Shown here piece after piece: positions 19,092-30,200 of a DNA stretch of 64,000 bases. Made by a program: the position numbers and the translations under genes. Within the stretch, counting starts at the first letter, position 1, and each line of letters starts with the position of its first letter. The stretch comes from a virus (lineage: Duplodnaviria > Caudoviricetes): positions 38,417 to 102,416 of the IMG/VR virus record IMGVR_UViG_3300035498_000575; one strand, 5' to 3'. Below the pieces are notes generated by a model. It saw only the letters and a program-made list of their open reading frames with translations. It searched no databases and was not told where the DNA came from.

Positions 19092-22000
19092 ATGGCCAAT
19101 AATAAAAGAGCAAGTACGGAAGTACGACGCGTAGCCCCCAATGCAAATTGGGTCAATAATGCGTTGAAGTCTTTGGGACTAAGTGCGTTGAATGTAGCAG
19201 AAGAAATAATGCCTACAACTTATACGACAATGCATGATTCCATGGGCGAAGCTAATAAGTACATTCAAGAAATGCGTAAGGGAAAATCAAGTCAACAAAG
19301 AATTTCCGATACGCTAAAAAATAATGCGATCATTAAAGGCGCGGATGAGATTATAAAGAACGGTATCAAGGATTTAAAATCCGGTAATATTTATAATAAA
19401 ACTAGAGACAATATGACTAAAAATATGATGGGTGATATGGGTCTTGATGATTTGGAAGATGCCTTTAATGATTTCGATGATATAGATTTTGGTGATGACA
19501 TATTTACAGATGAAGATGACAGCACAGCTGATTCTAATACAAATGTAGTAGTTCAGAACGATAATAGAGTAAACGTCTCACCTGACAGTTATTCTCAAGC
19601 TGCTGCTTTGGAGCCAGTAACTAACGCAGTTACACAAGCTGCAGTTGTTCAAGCACAGGCTACACAGGCGAGCAATACTGTCCTAGTAGAGATGGCTTCA
19701 AGGAATCTATTCCAGAATAAACAGCTTGGAACAGATGTAATCAATAAGTTAAGTTCAATTGAATCGCATCTATCAGCAATGGTTCAGTATAATAATGAAT
19801 CAATGAGTAAATACATCGAAGCGTCAATAGCGTATTATGATAAGGCACTACCTAAGCAGAAAGAATCTGAGTATCAAAGTGCTAATAATGATAATGCACT
19901 ATTTGGTGAAAAGGGAGAACTTAACATAAAGAATTATCTTTCAGGAATGAAAGATAGTTTTATGAAATCAGTTGGAGATACCGATTTAGGATCCATTATA
20001 TCTTTCTTACCTATGATGAAAGATATGCTTGCTGATAATCCTATTGGACTTATTCTAAATGCAAGTATGAAGGGTATGATTCCCGGACTAGCGAAGAAGT
20101 CTCTCACAGATTTGGATAATGCGTTTAAATCTTTTACGCCAGCTTTACTAGAAAAGTTTTCGGACTACACTTATCAAGGCGATAATGATATGGTAGGTAC
20201 CGTAATGGAAACGTTGATACGTACATTGGGCCGAAAAGAGAAGAATAAAACAGGAATTGATGTAGGTGCTGTCACAAAAGAAAATGTTGCTTGGGATAGT
20301 ATTAGTAGACATACTTTAGTCGAAATTATTCCAAAGTATTTACGTGAGAGTACTGCTTATTTGAAAGCCATTACCGCTACAGTAACAGGTGATGACGATA
20401 CGAGTGCTATATTAGACAGTGCAGATATATTTAATTTCAAAAATGGAAATTATACAACACGAAAGAAACTACAACGTGACTACTTTGAAGAGATAGAAGA
20501 CTCAGCCGTTGATAGTTTTGATAGAAGTAGTTTTTCTAAGGCATTATCTACAGCTGGTGGTGTTTTAGATCGTGATGATAGAAGTTCATATGATGACTTA
20601 GTTAAGCAATTTAAATTTAAATTAGTGCAAGGAAACAAGCGAATTGATAGGGAGAATAACCCAGAATCGATACGTGCGTTGATAGATGGATTGACTGGAG
20701 ATGATAAATATAAAGAATTATTAATGTCCGCTATTATGAATATGAGTAACAGCGACTTTATGAGTGGAGACGCTGCTAGACGTGCAGGTGTAAGATCCTA
20801 CGCACAAAAACTAGAAGAGATTGAAAAGAATCCTGCGGACTATAGGCTTTATGATATATATGATAGTGCCAGTCTAAATAATAAAAATGTTAAGAATGAT
20901 GTCTATAAGTTTCAACAACAGCGTGCTAATAGAAATTTTGTCACTGATGCACCTGAGCCAGTTAATGAAGTCAGTGTAAGCATTAATAGACTACCGGGAT
21001 CATTAGGAAACGGTCCTGTAGCTATATTAGGTGATATCAGAGAAATATTATTGCGTGGAATTAATGTTCGTGTTGATAGAGCATCATCTAAATTATATGG
21101 TAGAAATATTCCAGACTATATCGAACATCTTGAACAACCCAACTTTGTCGGACCTGTTCCGCAAAGAACCAATAATAACCAAGATACCAACAGTTACACT
21201 ACTAACGAACCTACTGAAAGCCATACAGAAGATGTTGACAAGGCTGAGGTAGTTAGAGGTCAATATGATGAAGAAGTTATTAACGCTTTTGAAAGTGAAG
21301 AATGGTATGAAAATTACAAAGCCTCTAATGGTTCTGATAGTATTCTGGGGGATATAGCTCCAGCTTCGGTACGAGAAAAGAGAACTGAACTAGGAGAAAA
21401 GGCACAAAGACAAAGTGAAAAAGCTAAGAATATGATGTACAATATCATTTATGGTGGAGCAGACCAAGCGGTAAACGCGATGCTGACTAACCTAAGTGAG
21501 AAGGCTATTGATGCTGGTACCAAATTATTCGATAGCTTTGTAAAGCCTGTCGTTGGTTACGTGTTTGAAGATGATGAAGAGAATGGTAGAGTGTCCATTG
21601 CTACTAGAGTAGAAAACACGATATCTGATGCGGGTAAGGGTATACAATATTATTTATTTGGAAAGGGCTACACAAAATCTGACGGTACTGAAGTTGCTGG
21701 CATGAATGCAGACCAAATTAAGGAAGAATCATTTGCCGGTAGAATGAAGACGATGTTCGGTACCACTGTTAGTAGCATAAATGAATATTTATTTGGTAAA
21801 GAAGATACTGAAGAGGACTCCAATAAACCCAAGCTCTCATTAACTCAGAAAATGACTAATATAGCTGTCGATAGTATGATGGATTGGAGAGACGTGGTAT
21901 TCGGTGAAGAATCTGAAAGAACACCTGAGGCAAGAACTGAAGCTATTGAAAAAACTAAAAAGTTTGCTATGAAGGCTATACCAAACACGCTAGTTTCTAC

Positions 22001-24284
22001 TGCTGCTATTACAGGTATAGGTGCGTTATCAGGTGGATCTTTGTTAGGTGCCGCACTAGGAGGTCCTTTAGGATCAATAATTGGATTAGGTATCGGTATA
22101 GCTTCTAGTAGTGAAGACTTCAAGGAGAAAGTATTCGGTAAAGAAAATGAAAACGGTGAATACATTGAAGGGCTGATATCCAAGAAGACACAAGATTTCT
22201 TCAAAGAAAATAAATCTAATATTATCGGCGGTGCTGCTGTAGGTTTAACTAAAAATCTAATACTCGGTAGTAGCGGTGGTATACTCGGAACTCTTGTAGG
22301 TGGTCCGATTGCAGGTGCATTATTGGGAGCAGGCTTTGGTATGATAAAGAAGTCTGAATCTTTCCAGAATTTATTGTACGGTAAAGAAGAGATAGACGAG
22401 AATGGAGTCAAGAAACGTGTTGGCGGCATATTAACCAAAATGCACGGTCCTAGTAAGGATGCTATGATTAAAGCCGCACGTATGGGTGCTACTGGTGCTA
22501 TAGGTGGAGGTCTTATTGGAACTATGCTTGGTGGTCCTATTATGGGATCTCTTATCGGTCTATCCACAGGTATATTAGCAAGCGGAGATAAATTCCAAGA
22601 TTTATTGTTTGGACCAAAGGATAGCGACGGTAAGCGTGACCCTAATAAGGGTATATTGAGTAGATTCACTAATTTTGCTAAAATATCTATTTTCAAACCT
22701 CTCGAAAATGCATTCAGTAACAGTGCTGCTATGATAAAGCATCACTTAAAATACAGTATAACCGAGCCTATCAAAATTGCTTTTTCACCACTTGCTGCTA
22801 AGATTAAGTCAAAAATTAATGACCTTAATGATTTAGGAAATACGATAAAAAGTAGTATAAAAAACGGTATAAAAGGTTTCTTTAGTGGTATATGGAGAAA
22901 AATCGTAAATAGTAAGTTAGGCCAAGGTATTGGTAAAATCCTCGGTGGGGCTGTGAAGTTACCTACCAAAATTTTAGGAGGAGCAGCCGAGACATTCAGG
23001 CGAGCAATGTATACTATTGGTGCGACCAATCAGGTTGCTGGTGTCATAGGAACAGGTATTTCTAATACTATTGGTGGTAAGGGTCTACTTAACATTGATA
23101 GATTCAAGGAAAACTTGAAGGGAACATCAATTGGACATGGCGGTGTGACCGCACTATTGAAATCTGGTGTTCAAAATATTGCGCACGCTGGAAAAACACT
23201 CGTTAACTGGAAAGGTGATGGCGAGGAGAAAGGCACGTATGATAAAGCGCTTGAGGATGCTGGTTTACTAGACTCACATGTATTTGCGGGTATTAAAAAG
23301 AATGAACGTGAACGTAAAGCTGATTATGAAAGTATTAAGCGCCAAGCAAGGTATAATTCCGCAGTACAACAATATCAAAATGCTGTAATGGCAAGTACTG
23401 GATATAGTCTTCCAATGAATAAATACGGTTTAATTGATAATGATGCATTAAATGCAAGTATTAGTGAACGTGCTAAAAAAGAAATGGAAGAGTATAACTC
23501 TAAGGCTAGGTCATTCTTTGGTAAGAAAAATCAGGCATATTTTGAAGATAAAATACGTAAAGATTTTGACAAGCGAACCAAGTCTGCAAGAAAAAATCTT
23601 GGTATTGACAGTACTGACATTGCTGATATTAATGAAGCTATCTTGAATCACGTTGATAGAGATAGTGGAAAGAGTATTAGAGACTTAATGGAGGCTGATA
23701 AGCCAAAGACTGAGGAACAGCTAAGAGAAGAACAGAATGCAGTAGCTGAGGAGAAGTTCAGAACTGAAGTTATAGACACATTTAATAGTGTAGGATCTGA
23801 TGTTACTACTATCAGAGAAGAAATAATTAAGATTGAAGCTGCAAGACGAGCACAAGTAAACGGTACATCTATAGCACGAGCAGAGGAACAAACTCGAAAC
23901 GATGTCGATCAAGCACAACAAGTTTTTGATAAAACTAGTGGCAACAATGAAGCTAAAAAGAAGGCGGCGAATGCTAGATTAAAGACAGCTGCTAATTCTC
24001 ATAAGAATGAAAACCGTGAACCTGTTGATAATCCAATACTTGGTGATTTTAGTGGGTTAGATACGGAAATGGGTGCTGAAGGTTTTGCTGATGGTACTGA
24101 TAATGCTAAATCTGGTGTTAGAGTCGTTGGTGAACGTGGCCCTGAGCTTGTTAGATTTAGAGGTGGAGAATCAGTAACGGCTGCTAACAGGATACAGTCT
24201 GCGCTTGGAAGAGCATTCCGTAGTGATAGTGATTTGCATGTCAATAGAAGAACGTATGCTAAGTGTATTGATATCATTACGTAG
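19092..24284 (+). CDS. Tape measure protein, N-terminal part
   Basis: 1730 aa, helical, with Gly-zipper hydrophobic repeats and the tape-measure motif FADGT...VVGERGPELV.F.GGE.V near the end. Confidence 0.75.
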   Translation: MANNKRASTEVRRVAPNANWVNNALKSLGLSALNVAEEIMPTTYTTMHDSMGEANKYIQEMRKGKSSQQRISDTLKNNAIIKGADEIIKNGIKDLKSGNIYNKTRDNMTKNMMGDMGLDDLEDAFNDFDDIDFGDDIFTDEDDSTADSNTNVVVQNDNRVNVSPDSYSQAAALEPVTNAVTQAAVVQAQATQASNTVLVEMASRNLFQNKQLGTDVINKLSSIESHLSAMVQYNNESMSKYIEASIAYYDKALPKQKESEYQSANNDNALFGEKGELNIKNYLSGMKDSFMKSVGDTDLGSIISFLPMMKDMLADNPIGLILNASMKGMIPGLAKKSLTDLDNAFKSFTPALLEKFSDYTYQGDNDMVGTVMETLIRTLGRKEKNKTGIDVGAVTKENVAWDSISRHTLVEIIPKYLRESTAYLKAITATVTGDDDTSAILDSADIFNFKNGNYTTRKKLQRDYFEEIEDSAVDSFDRSSFSKALSTAGGVLDRDDRSSYDDLVKQFKFKLVQGNKRIDRENNPESIRALIDGLTGDDKYKELLMSAIMNMSNSDFMSGDAARRAGVRSYAQKLEEIEKNPADYRLYDIYDSASLNNKNVKNDVYKFQQQRANRNFVTDAPEPVNEVSVSINRLPGSLGNGPVAILGDIREILLRGINVRVDRASSKLYGRNIPDYIEHLEQPNFVGPVPQRTNNNQDTNSYTTNEPTESHTEDVDKAEVVRGQYDEEVINAFESEEWYENYKASNGSDSILGDIAPASVREKRTELGEKAQRQSEKAKNMMYNIIYGGADQAVNAMLTNLSEKAIDAGTKLFDSFVKPVVGYVFEDDEENGRVSIATRVENTISDAGKGIQYYLFGKGYTKSDGTEVAGMNADQIKEESFAGRMKTMFGTTVSSINEYLFGKEDTEEDSNKPKLSLTQKMTNIAVDSMMDWRDVVFGEESERTPEARTEAIEKTKKFAMKAIPNTLVSTAAITGIGALSGGSLLGAALGGPLGSIIGLGIGIASSSEDFKEKVFGKENENGEYIEGLISKKTQDFFKENKSNIIGGAAVGLTKNLILGSSGGILGTLVGGPIAGALLGAGFGMIKKSESFQNLLYGKEEIDENGVKKRVGGILTKMHGPSKDAMIKAARMGATGAIGGGLIGTMLGGPIMGSLIGLSTGILASGDKFQDLLFGPKDSDGKRDPNKGILSRFTNFAKISIFKPLENAFSNSAAMIKHHLKYSITEPIKIAFSPLAAKIKSKINDLNDLGNTIKSSIKNGIKGFFSGIWRKIVNSKLGQGIGKILGGAVKLPTKILGGAAETFRRAMYTIGATNQVAGVIGTGISNTIGGKGLLNIDRFKENLKGTSIGHGGVTALLKSGVQNIAHAGKTLVNWKGDGEEKGTYDKALEDAGLLDSHVFAGIKKNERERKADYESIKRQARYNSAVQQYQNAVMASTGYSLPMNKYGLIDNDALNASISERAKKEMEEYNSKARSFFGKKNQAYFEDKIRKDFDKRTKSARKNLGIDSTDIADINEAILNHVDRDSGKSIRDLMEADKPKTEEQLREEQNAVAEEKFRTEVIDTFNSVGSDVTTIREEIIKIEAARRAQVNGTSIARAEEQTRNDVDQAQQVFDKTSGNNEAKKKAANARLKTAANSHKNENREPVDNPILGDFSGLDTEMGAEGFADGTDNAKSGVRVVGERGPELVRFRGGESVTAANRIQSALGRAFRSDSDLHVNRRTYAKCIDIIT

Positions 24285-27200
24285 TATAATAACAGGTCAA
24301 TCACCTGACAAGCAGTTTACATTAAGCACATTAAATTCTTTATTGAAGAGTGGAGTTAATGGAGTTGCTGAGTTTGTAAAACATCCTATAAAGACAACTG
24401 GTAATATATCTAGAAAAGTTGCTGGGGTGGCTAAGGGTGCTGTTGGTAAGATTGGTAGTGTTGTTGGTTCAATGACATCATCAATGAGTTCATTATTTGG
24501 TAGCTCACCATCTGAAGAACCTGAAACAGATGATGAATACTATGATAGTTCTAGAACTGAAAAATCTGACACACACGAAGAGCTACAAATGGCTCAACTA
24601 GAAGCGTCTGGTATAAGTTCTGAAGAAGCTGATAAAATTCGTGATCAAATGGTAACTGAGCAAAGAGAAGCTGATGCAGAAGCAAGTTATAAGGATGTAT
24701 CTAGCAAGAGCTATCAGAATCATGAGAAGACCAAACGACAAGAAGATGCACAACTAGCTACTATAAATACATCTGAAAAGATGGAAGAGCTAACTACTAT
24801 TCAAAAAGATCATAGTGCTGTTTGGTCAAATATATTTGGTCCTAAGGGTAAGGTAGCGGCTTTACTACTTATTGCGGCTCCATTACTAATAACTATATTA
24901 AAGAAATTGAAGAATTTCAGCCTGGAGAATTTATTATCCAGCTTGTTTGGTGGTCTAGGATCGACGTTGAGTAGTTTGTTCGGTAACGTTGGTACACTGC
25001 TAAAAAATATTATATCAGCTATTCCTTCAGCGTTATCAACAGGACTCAGTACAGGTGTTAGTACATACGAGACACAAACAGAGAATGGTGCTACTGATGG
25101 AAATGGTAATGTTGTTAGTGCAAGTGAAAATGCAATTAATCAAGCAGGCAATATACTATCAAGTACAGGAGATGCTATATCAGATGCGGCTAGTCTTAAC
25201 ATTGCTGACGCAGCACTTGATTTACATACAGCCGCACACGGAGACACTGTAGGAAATAATGAAATAACAACAACTACAGAATCTGTCAATAAACTTGAAG
25301 CTAAAACTATTATTAAGGGGACTAGTAAAGGATATAAGGCAGTTAAGGCTGTAGGTAGTAGTGTTGACAATGCTGTCCAAGCTACACTAAGTGGTAATTC
25401 AACTCTAGGTCAGAGAATAACAACGAGTGTTGTTGTAGCATCCGATCAGGCAGCTCAAAAGGGCGTGCAGTACTTTGAGTCATTATTCACTAAACTTGTT
25501 AATAAGTTTGCCGAAACAAGTGTGGGTAAAAAGCTAGAACAATCAGTGTTTAAAGATATTGTCGATACAGTAATGACTAAGCTATCAAGCATGGGTGATA
25601 CTTTTTATGAGAAATTCGGTAAGACTATGTTTGAGGCTGTGAGTGAGGGAGCATCCAAAGCTGCTACTGCAGTAGCTACACTTGGTGCGTCAGAAGTTAC
25701 ATGGGTAGTATTAGGAGCATTGAATGGTACAACTGGAGCTGCTAAACTATTTGGAGTATCTAAAGCTAACGTTGACACTGTTATGACGCTTATATCTACA
25801 ACATGGGGCGCTATAGCTGGAACTGATGTTGGTTCTATCCTAGACCTTGCTTTTGCGCTAGCTGCTGAATTTGGATTTGATATTCTTCAAACGGCGGCGA
25901 GTATGTTATATGTCGCTATAATGGGTGCAACAGGAGAAGATGCCGATGCTGCAAGTGAGAAACTTCTAAACGCACAAGATACATGGCGTGGAATGTATGA
26001 AGATTATAAAGAAAATGAAATAGCTACACAAGCAGAGACTTATAATAAGATACACGGTACAAATTACACAGCTGATGAATACGAAGAAGCTGCTACAAAC
26101 AATACATCAGTAGATGGTCCTAAGCTATCATATATGTCATATGAAGAATATAATTCAGAAGAAAATGCAACATTTGCAGGGTATACATTCAATAATGTTA
26201 CTAGTGGTATTGTGAATGCTGTTAGTGACGATTTCACTGCAGACTACACTAATGAAGCCGGCGAGCATTTCACATATGTAAGAAATAACTCAGGTACATT
26301 TGATGTATACTCAGATGATGGTTCTAAAGTTGGTGTACAAGCTGCTTTACCTGATGGTGCTATGATGAATACCACACAACAGAGTAAGTATCAAACATCA
26401 GAAGTATTAGATTCAGAATACGGTAACACATCGTATTTCTCAGAGGATGGCTCAGAGTATGTCATATTTAACGGCAATTCATTCGATGTATACGATGCTA
26501 AAACCAACAAGCAAACGTCTAGTAAATACAGCATAGATAAATTCAATACTTTAATAGAGACTGGCACTTATTCTATAGGTGACAATGAATATCTTGAAGC
26601 TAACCAAGGTTGGTATGATAGATATGGTGCAGGTAAATTGTGGAAGCATAAAGCCAGTGGTGAATATTATGCACTATATATTGAAGATTACAAGAATTCC
26701 AATATGAAGACTTGGTTACATTGGGATAAAGACGGTAATTTCGTAGGTACGATAAACGATGACGGCTTTAGTCAAAACATACAGGATGCTATAGATGGTG
26801 GCTATATGGAGCGTGCCAATGAGGGAACATACGACTATAATGACAGCGATGATGTGTCTAGTGAAATTTCTAAGGGTATTGGCGATAGCGTTTCATTCTC
26901 ATTAAGTAGTTATCTATCTCTAATGGATTCTGCCAAGATAAGTGATACCGATGAAAGTAATGTATTGGGAACAAGACAGACTGTATCTTACTATGATGAT
27001 GGAGAATCTGAAGATGCTGCATTATCTAAATTAAGCACAAGCGATAACAAAAAGACATACACTAAATATGCTAATAAGATCTGGTATGATCAGACTGGTG
27101 CATATTATCAAGTCGATACACAACTATATAATACAAGTGGTAATCTCTCATTCTTAAAATACAGCTCAACTGGTGACTTTATAAAATCAATTAGCTCATC

Positions 27201-30200
27201 AAGTAGTGAATTTAGTAATATTTTAAACGGCATTGAAGATGGATCAATTACAAATAAAAATCCATTGGATTCAGAAACTGTTAAAAAGTCAAAAGATGCT
27301 GTAAGTGCTATTTCTGAGATGACTGATGAGCAAATCAATGATTATGTAGAACAATGTGTAACTGCAATTAATGACGCTGAATTAGATGAAGGTTATAGCG
27401 AAGGCTATAATGGTGTAATGATGGATAATATGGATAAAACTGTTGCTTGGTTCATACCTGCTACAGGCGCATATTATATTAGAACTTCAAAGGGATTCAT
27501 CGCGTATAACGCACAAGGTTGTATGATTGGTGAAATAACAAGTGCTACGGATGTAGCTACTATCTTTATGCAGATAGAAACTGGTATGCTAGAAAGAGGA
27601 ACTGCACTAGTTAATAACACCAAACAACAAACAACCTCAGGTGGTAGTACCATCGCGAGTGCGCTAAGTGTTACTACTCCATCTACTTCTACAACAGTTG
27701 TAAGTACATCGACACAATCATCTTCTGGCAGTGTATCTACATCATCGAAAAAGAGTACTTCTGATAACGCTTATGTATCTCAGCTAGAATCCAAGTTAAA
27801 ACTGACGACTACAAGTGATAGTGATAAAGCTAGTACGGCTAAGAGTTTGTATACATCTACTAATAAGATTTATGAATATAAGAATAAAGCAGGAGACGTG
27901 ATGGTTTATGACCCTCAGCAGAAAAAATGTGTCAAGAAGTCTGAGAGTGAATACGTTCAGAATCTAGAAGAATACGGTGATGGAGATGCTACACTAGATA
28001 CTAGCATTACAGGCGGTTCTGGCGGTTTCGGTCCATCTGAATCTGATACAACGACAATCAATACTATTGATGATAGTAGTAATAGTAAATCAAGTGATAC
28101 AAACGACGATGCTAATATAACTATTAAAACAACATCAGATAACAGCGATACTAAAAATAACTTCACATATTATTCTCAAAATGATAATAGATGGGGTAAC
28201 GAGCCATATTTACAAACTGAAGGTAAAGTTGCTGAAGGAGACGATGAAACCATATCTTCAAGAGGTTGTGGACCAGCAGCATTAGCTATGGTCGCAAAGG
28301 GACTAACGGGAGATAATACTACACCAGTAGATGTAGCGAACGCTAGTGAAAAGGCTGGATATAGTGATGAAACAGGTACTAACTGGAACTTTATGAATAC
28401 TATACCTAGTCAATTCGGTTTGACTGCAACTAGTATGTATAATCCATCTGTGTCATTTATAGACCAATCACTTCGTTCAGGAAACCCTGTAATAATCTCA
28501 GGTCAAGGAGATTCAACCACTACCCCTTATACAGAATCAGGACACTATTCTGTTATAGTTGGTAAAGAAAAAGGTAAGTACCTTGTAAATGACCCAAGAG
28601 GTGCAAATTATTCACATGCTTATTCTACCGATGAAGTATTAAACGGTTCACAAATTGCATCTTGGTCTATGGGTAAAAGTAATATGTCTAGGTCACAATC
28701 AATGAGCGACAGGTTCAAGGAAGTCCTTGATAAGAGGATGACAAATACCGCTGACGGAAATGATGGTGATACTCTAACGGAGGCATATTCAGGCGGTGGT
28801 AGAGGTGCTTATGATACACAGTTATCTAAATATGCACCTGTAGCACAAGAGGTATGGAAATCATGTGGTATACTACCATCAGTAACGCTTGGCCAATGTA
28901 TTACAGAAACAGGTTTTGGTAAATCTGGACATGGTGTTTCGTATAATAACTATCTAGGCCATGGATGGAGTTTTGGTGGTAATACCCCTTATTGTACATC
29001 ATATTACACTCATAGTTCAGGGTCATCAAATCCTAGTAAGTGGTGTAAATATAACTCAGTGGAAGACTGTATACGAAACCATGGATATGTTTTGTCTGGT
29101 CAAAGCGGTAATACTAGATATAAAGCTGCTGTCGGTGAGACAAACTATAAGAAAGCTATAAACGCTATAGCTGATGGTGGTTATTGTAGTGGAAATTATG
29201 CGAGCCAAGTTATAAAATATATTGAGCAATACAATTTAACGCAGTATGATACAGGCTCGTTTAATGGAACGGTTGCATCTCCCGGAAGTTCAAGTAGTGG
29301 TAGTAGTGGAAATTCTAATGCTATTAACTCTCCATATAGAGGTACGTTTACCATGTCACAGCAATTCAAGGGTAGTCTATATCCAGAGCAGGTGTCTGGT
29401 AATCACGACGGTTATGACCTATATGGTAATACCAGTAAAACACTTCATTCAACCGTACCGGGTACAGTAGTGCATGCTGGTTGGGAAAGTGACTCAGATC
29501 ACAGTAAAGGTTTCGGACAATATGTAAAAATACAAAAGAATGGTAACGAAGATGAGTATTATTTCTTCGGACACATGAGCGAAATTTATGTTAAGGTCGG
29601 AGATGTAGTAGAATATGGTACAGAATTAGGTGTTGAGGGTACAACCGGTAAATCTACAGGTAATCACGTACACTACTGTATCAGAAATGGCAACGGTAAG
29701 GCTTTAAACGTAACCACAATGTCTAATATCCCTAACGAATTAGGACAATACACAGATAACGGTGAGTATGGATCGGGATCTGGTAGTTCAAGCTCATCAA
29801 CTGATGATACAACTACTACTGTAGTTAAGGAACAGACCGTGTTTGAGAAGCTTATAACTGGTCTATCAAATCTTGCAGGAAGAGTTGTTAATGGTTTAGC
29901 AACGGGAGTATGGGATGATGACTGGTCGACTATACTAAACAATTCATCTACAGTTACCACTGTTGGTGATTCAAGTAGTTCTGGAACAGCAAGTTTGAAT
30001 GGCGATTACATCGGTAAATACGTTAAGCAATTTGAAAGTGGAAATTCTGGATCTTCTACGGTGTCAAGCGGTGCTAATGACCCTAATGGTGGCCCATCAT
30101 TCGGTAGTTATCAATTTCCATCTTATTGGAATTCTACTGCTAAAGCCGGTACATCGTTATATGATTTCTGGAACAAGTATTATGCAAGCACTAACTCAGA

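Noticed and set aside
21845-22696. 283-aa antisense ORF and the many other short overlapping ORFs (e.g. 3713-4135, 12274-12651, 44465-44887)
   Set aside because: These are shadows of real genes on the opposite strand or frame, with no RBS and mirrored composition.
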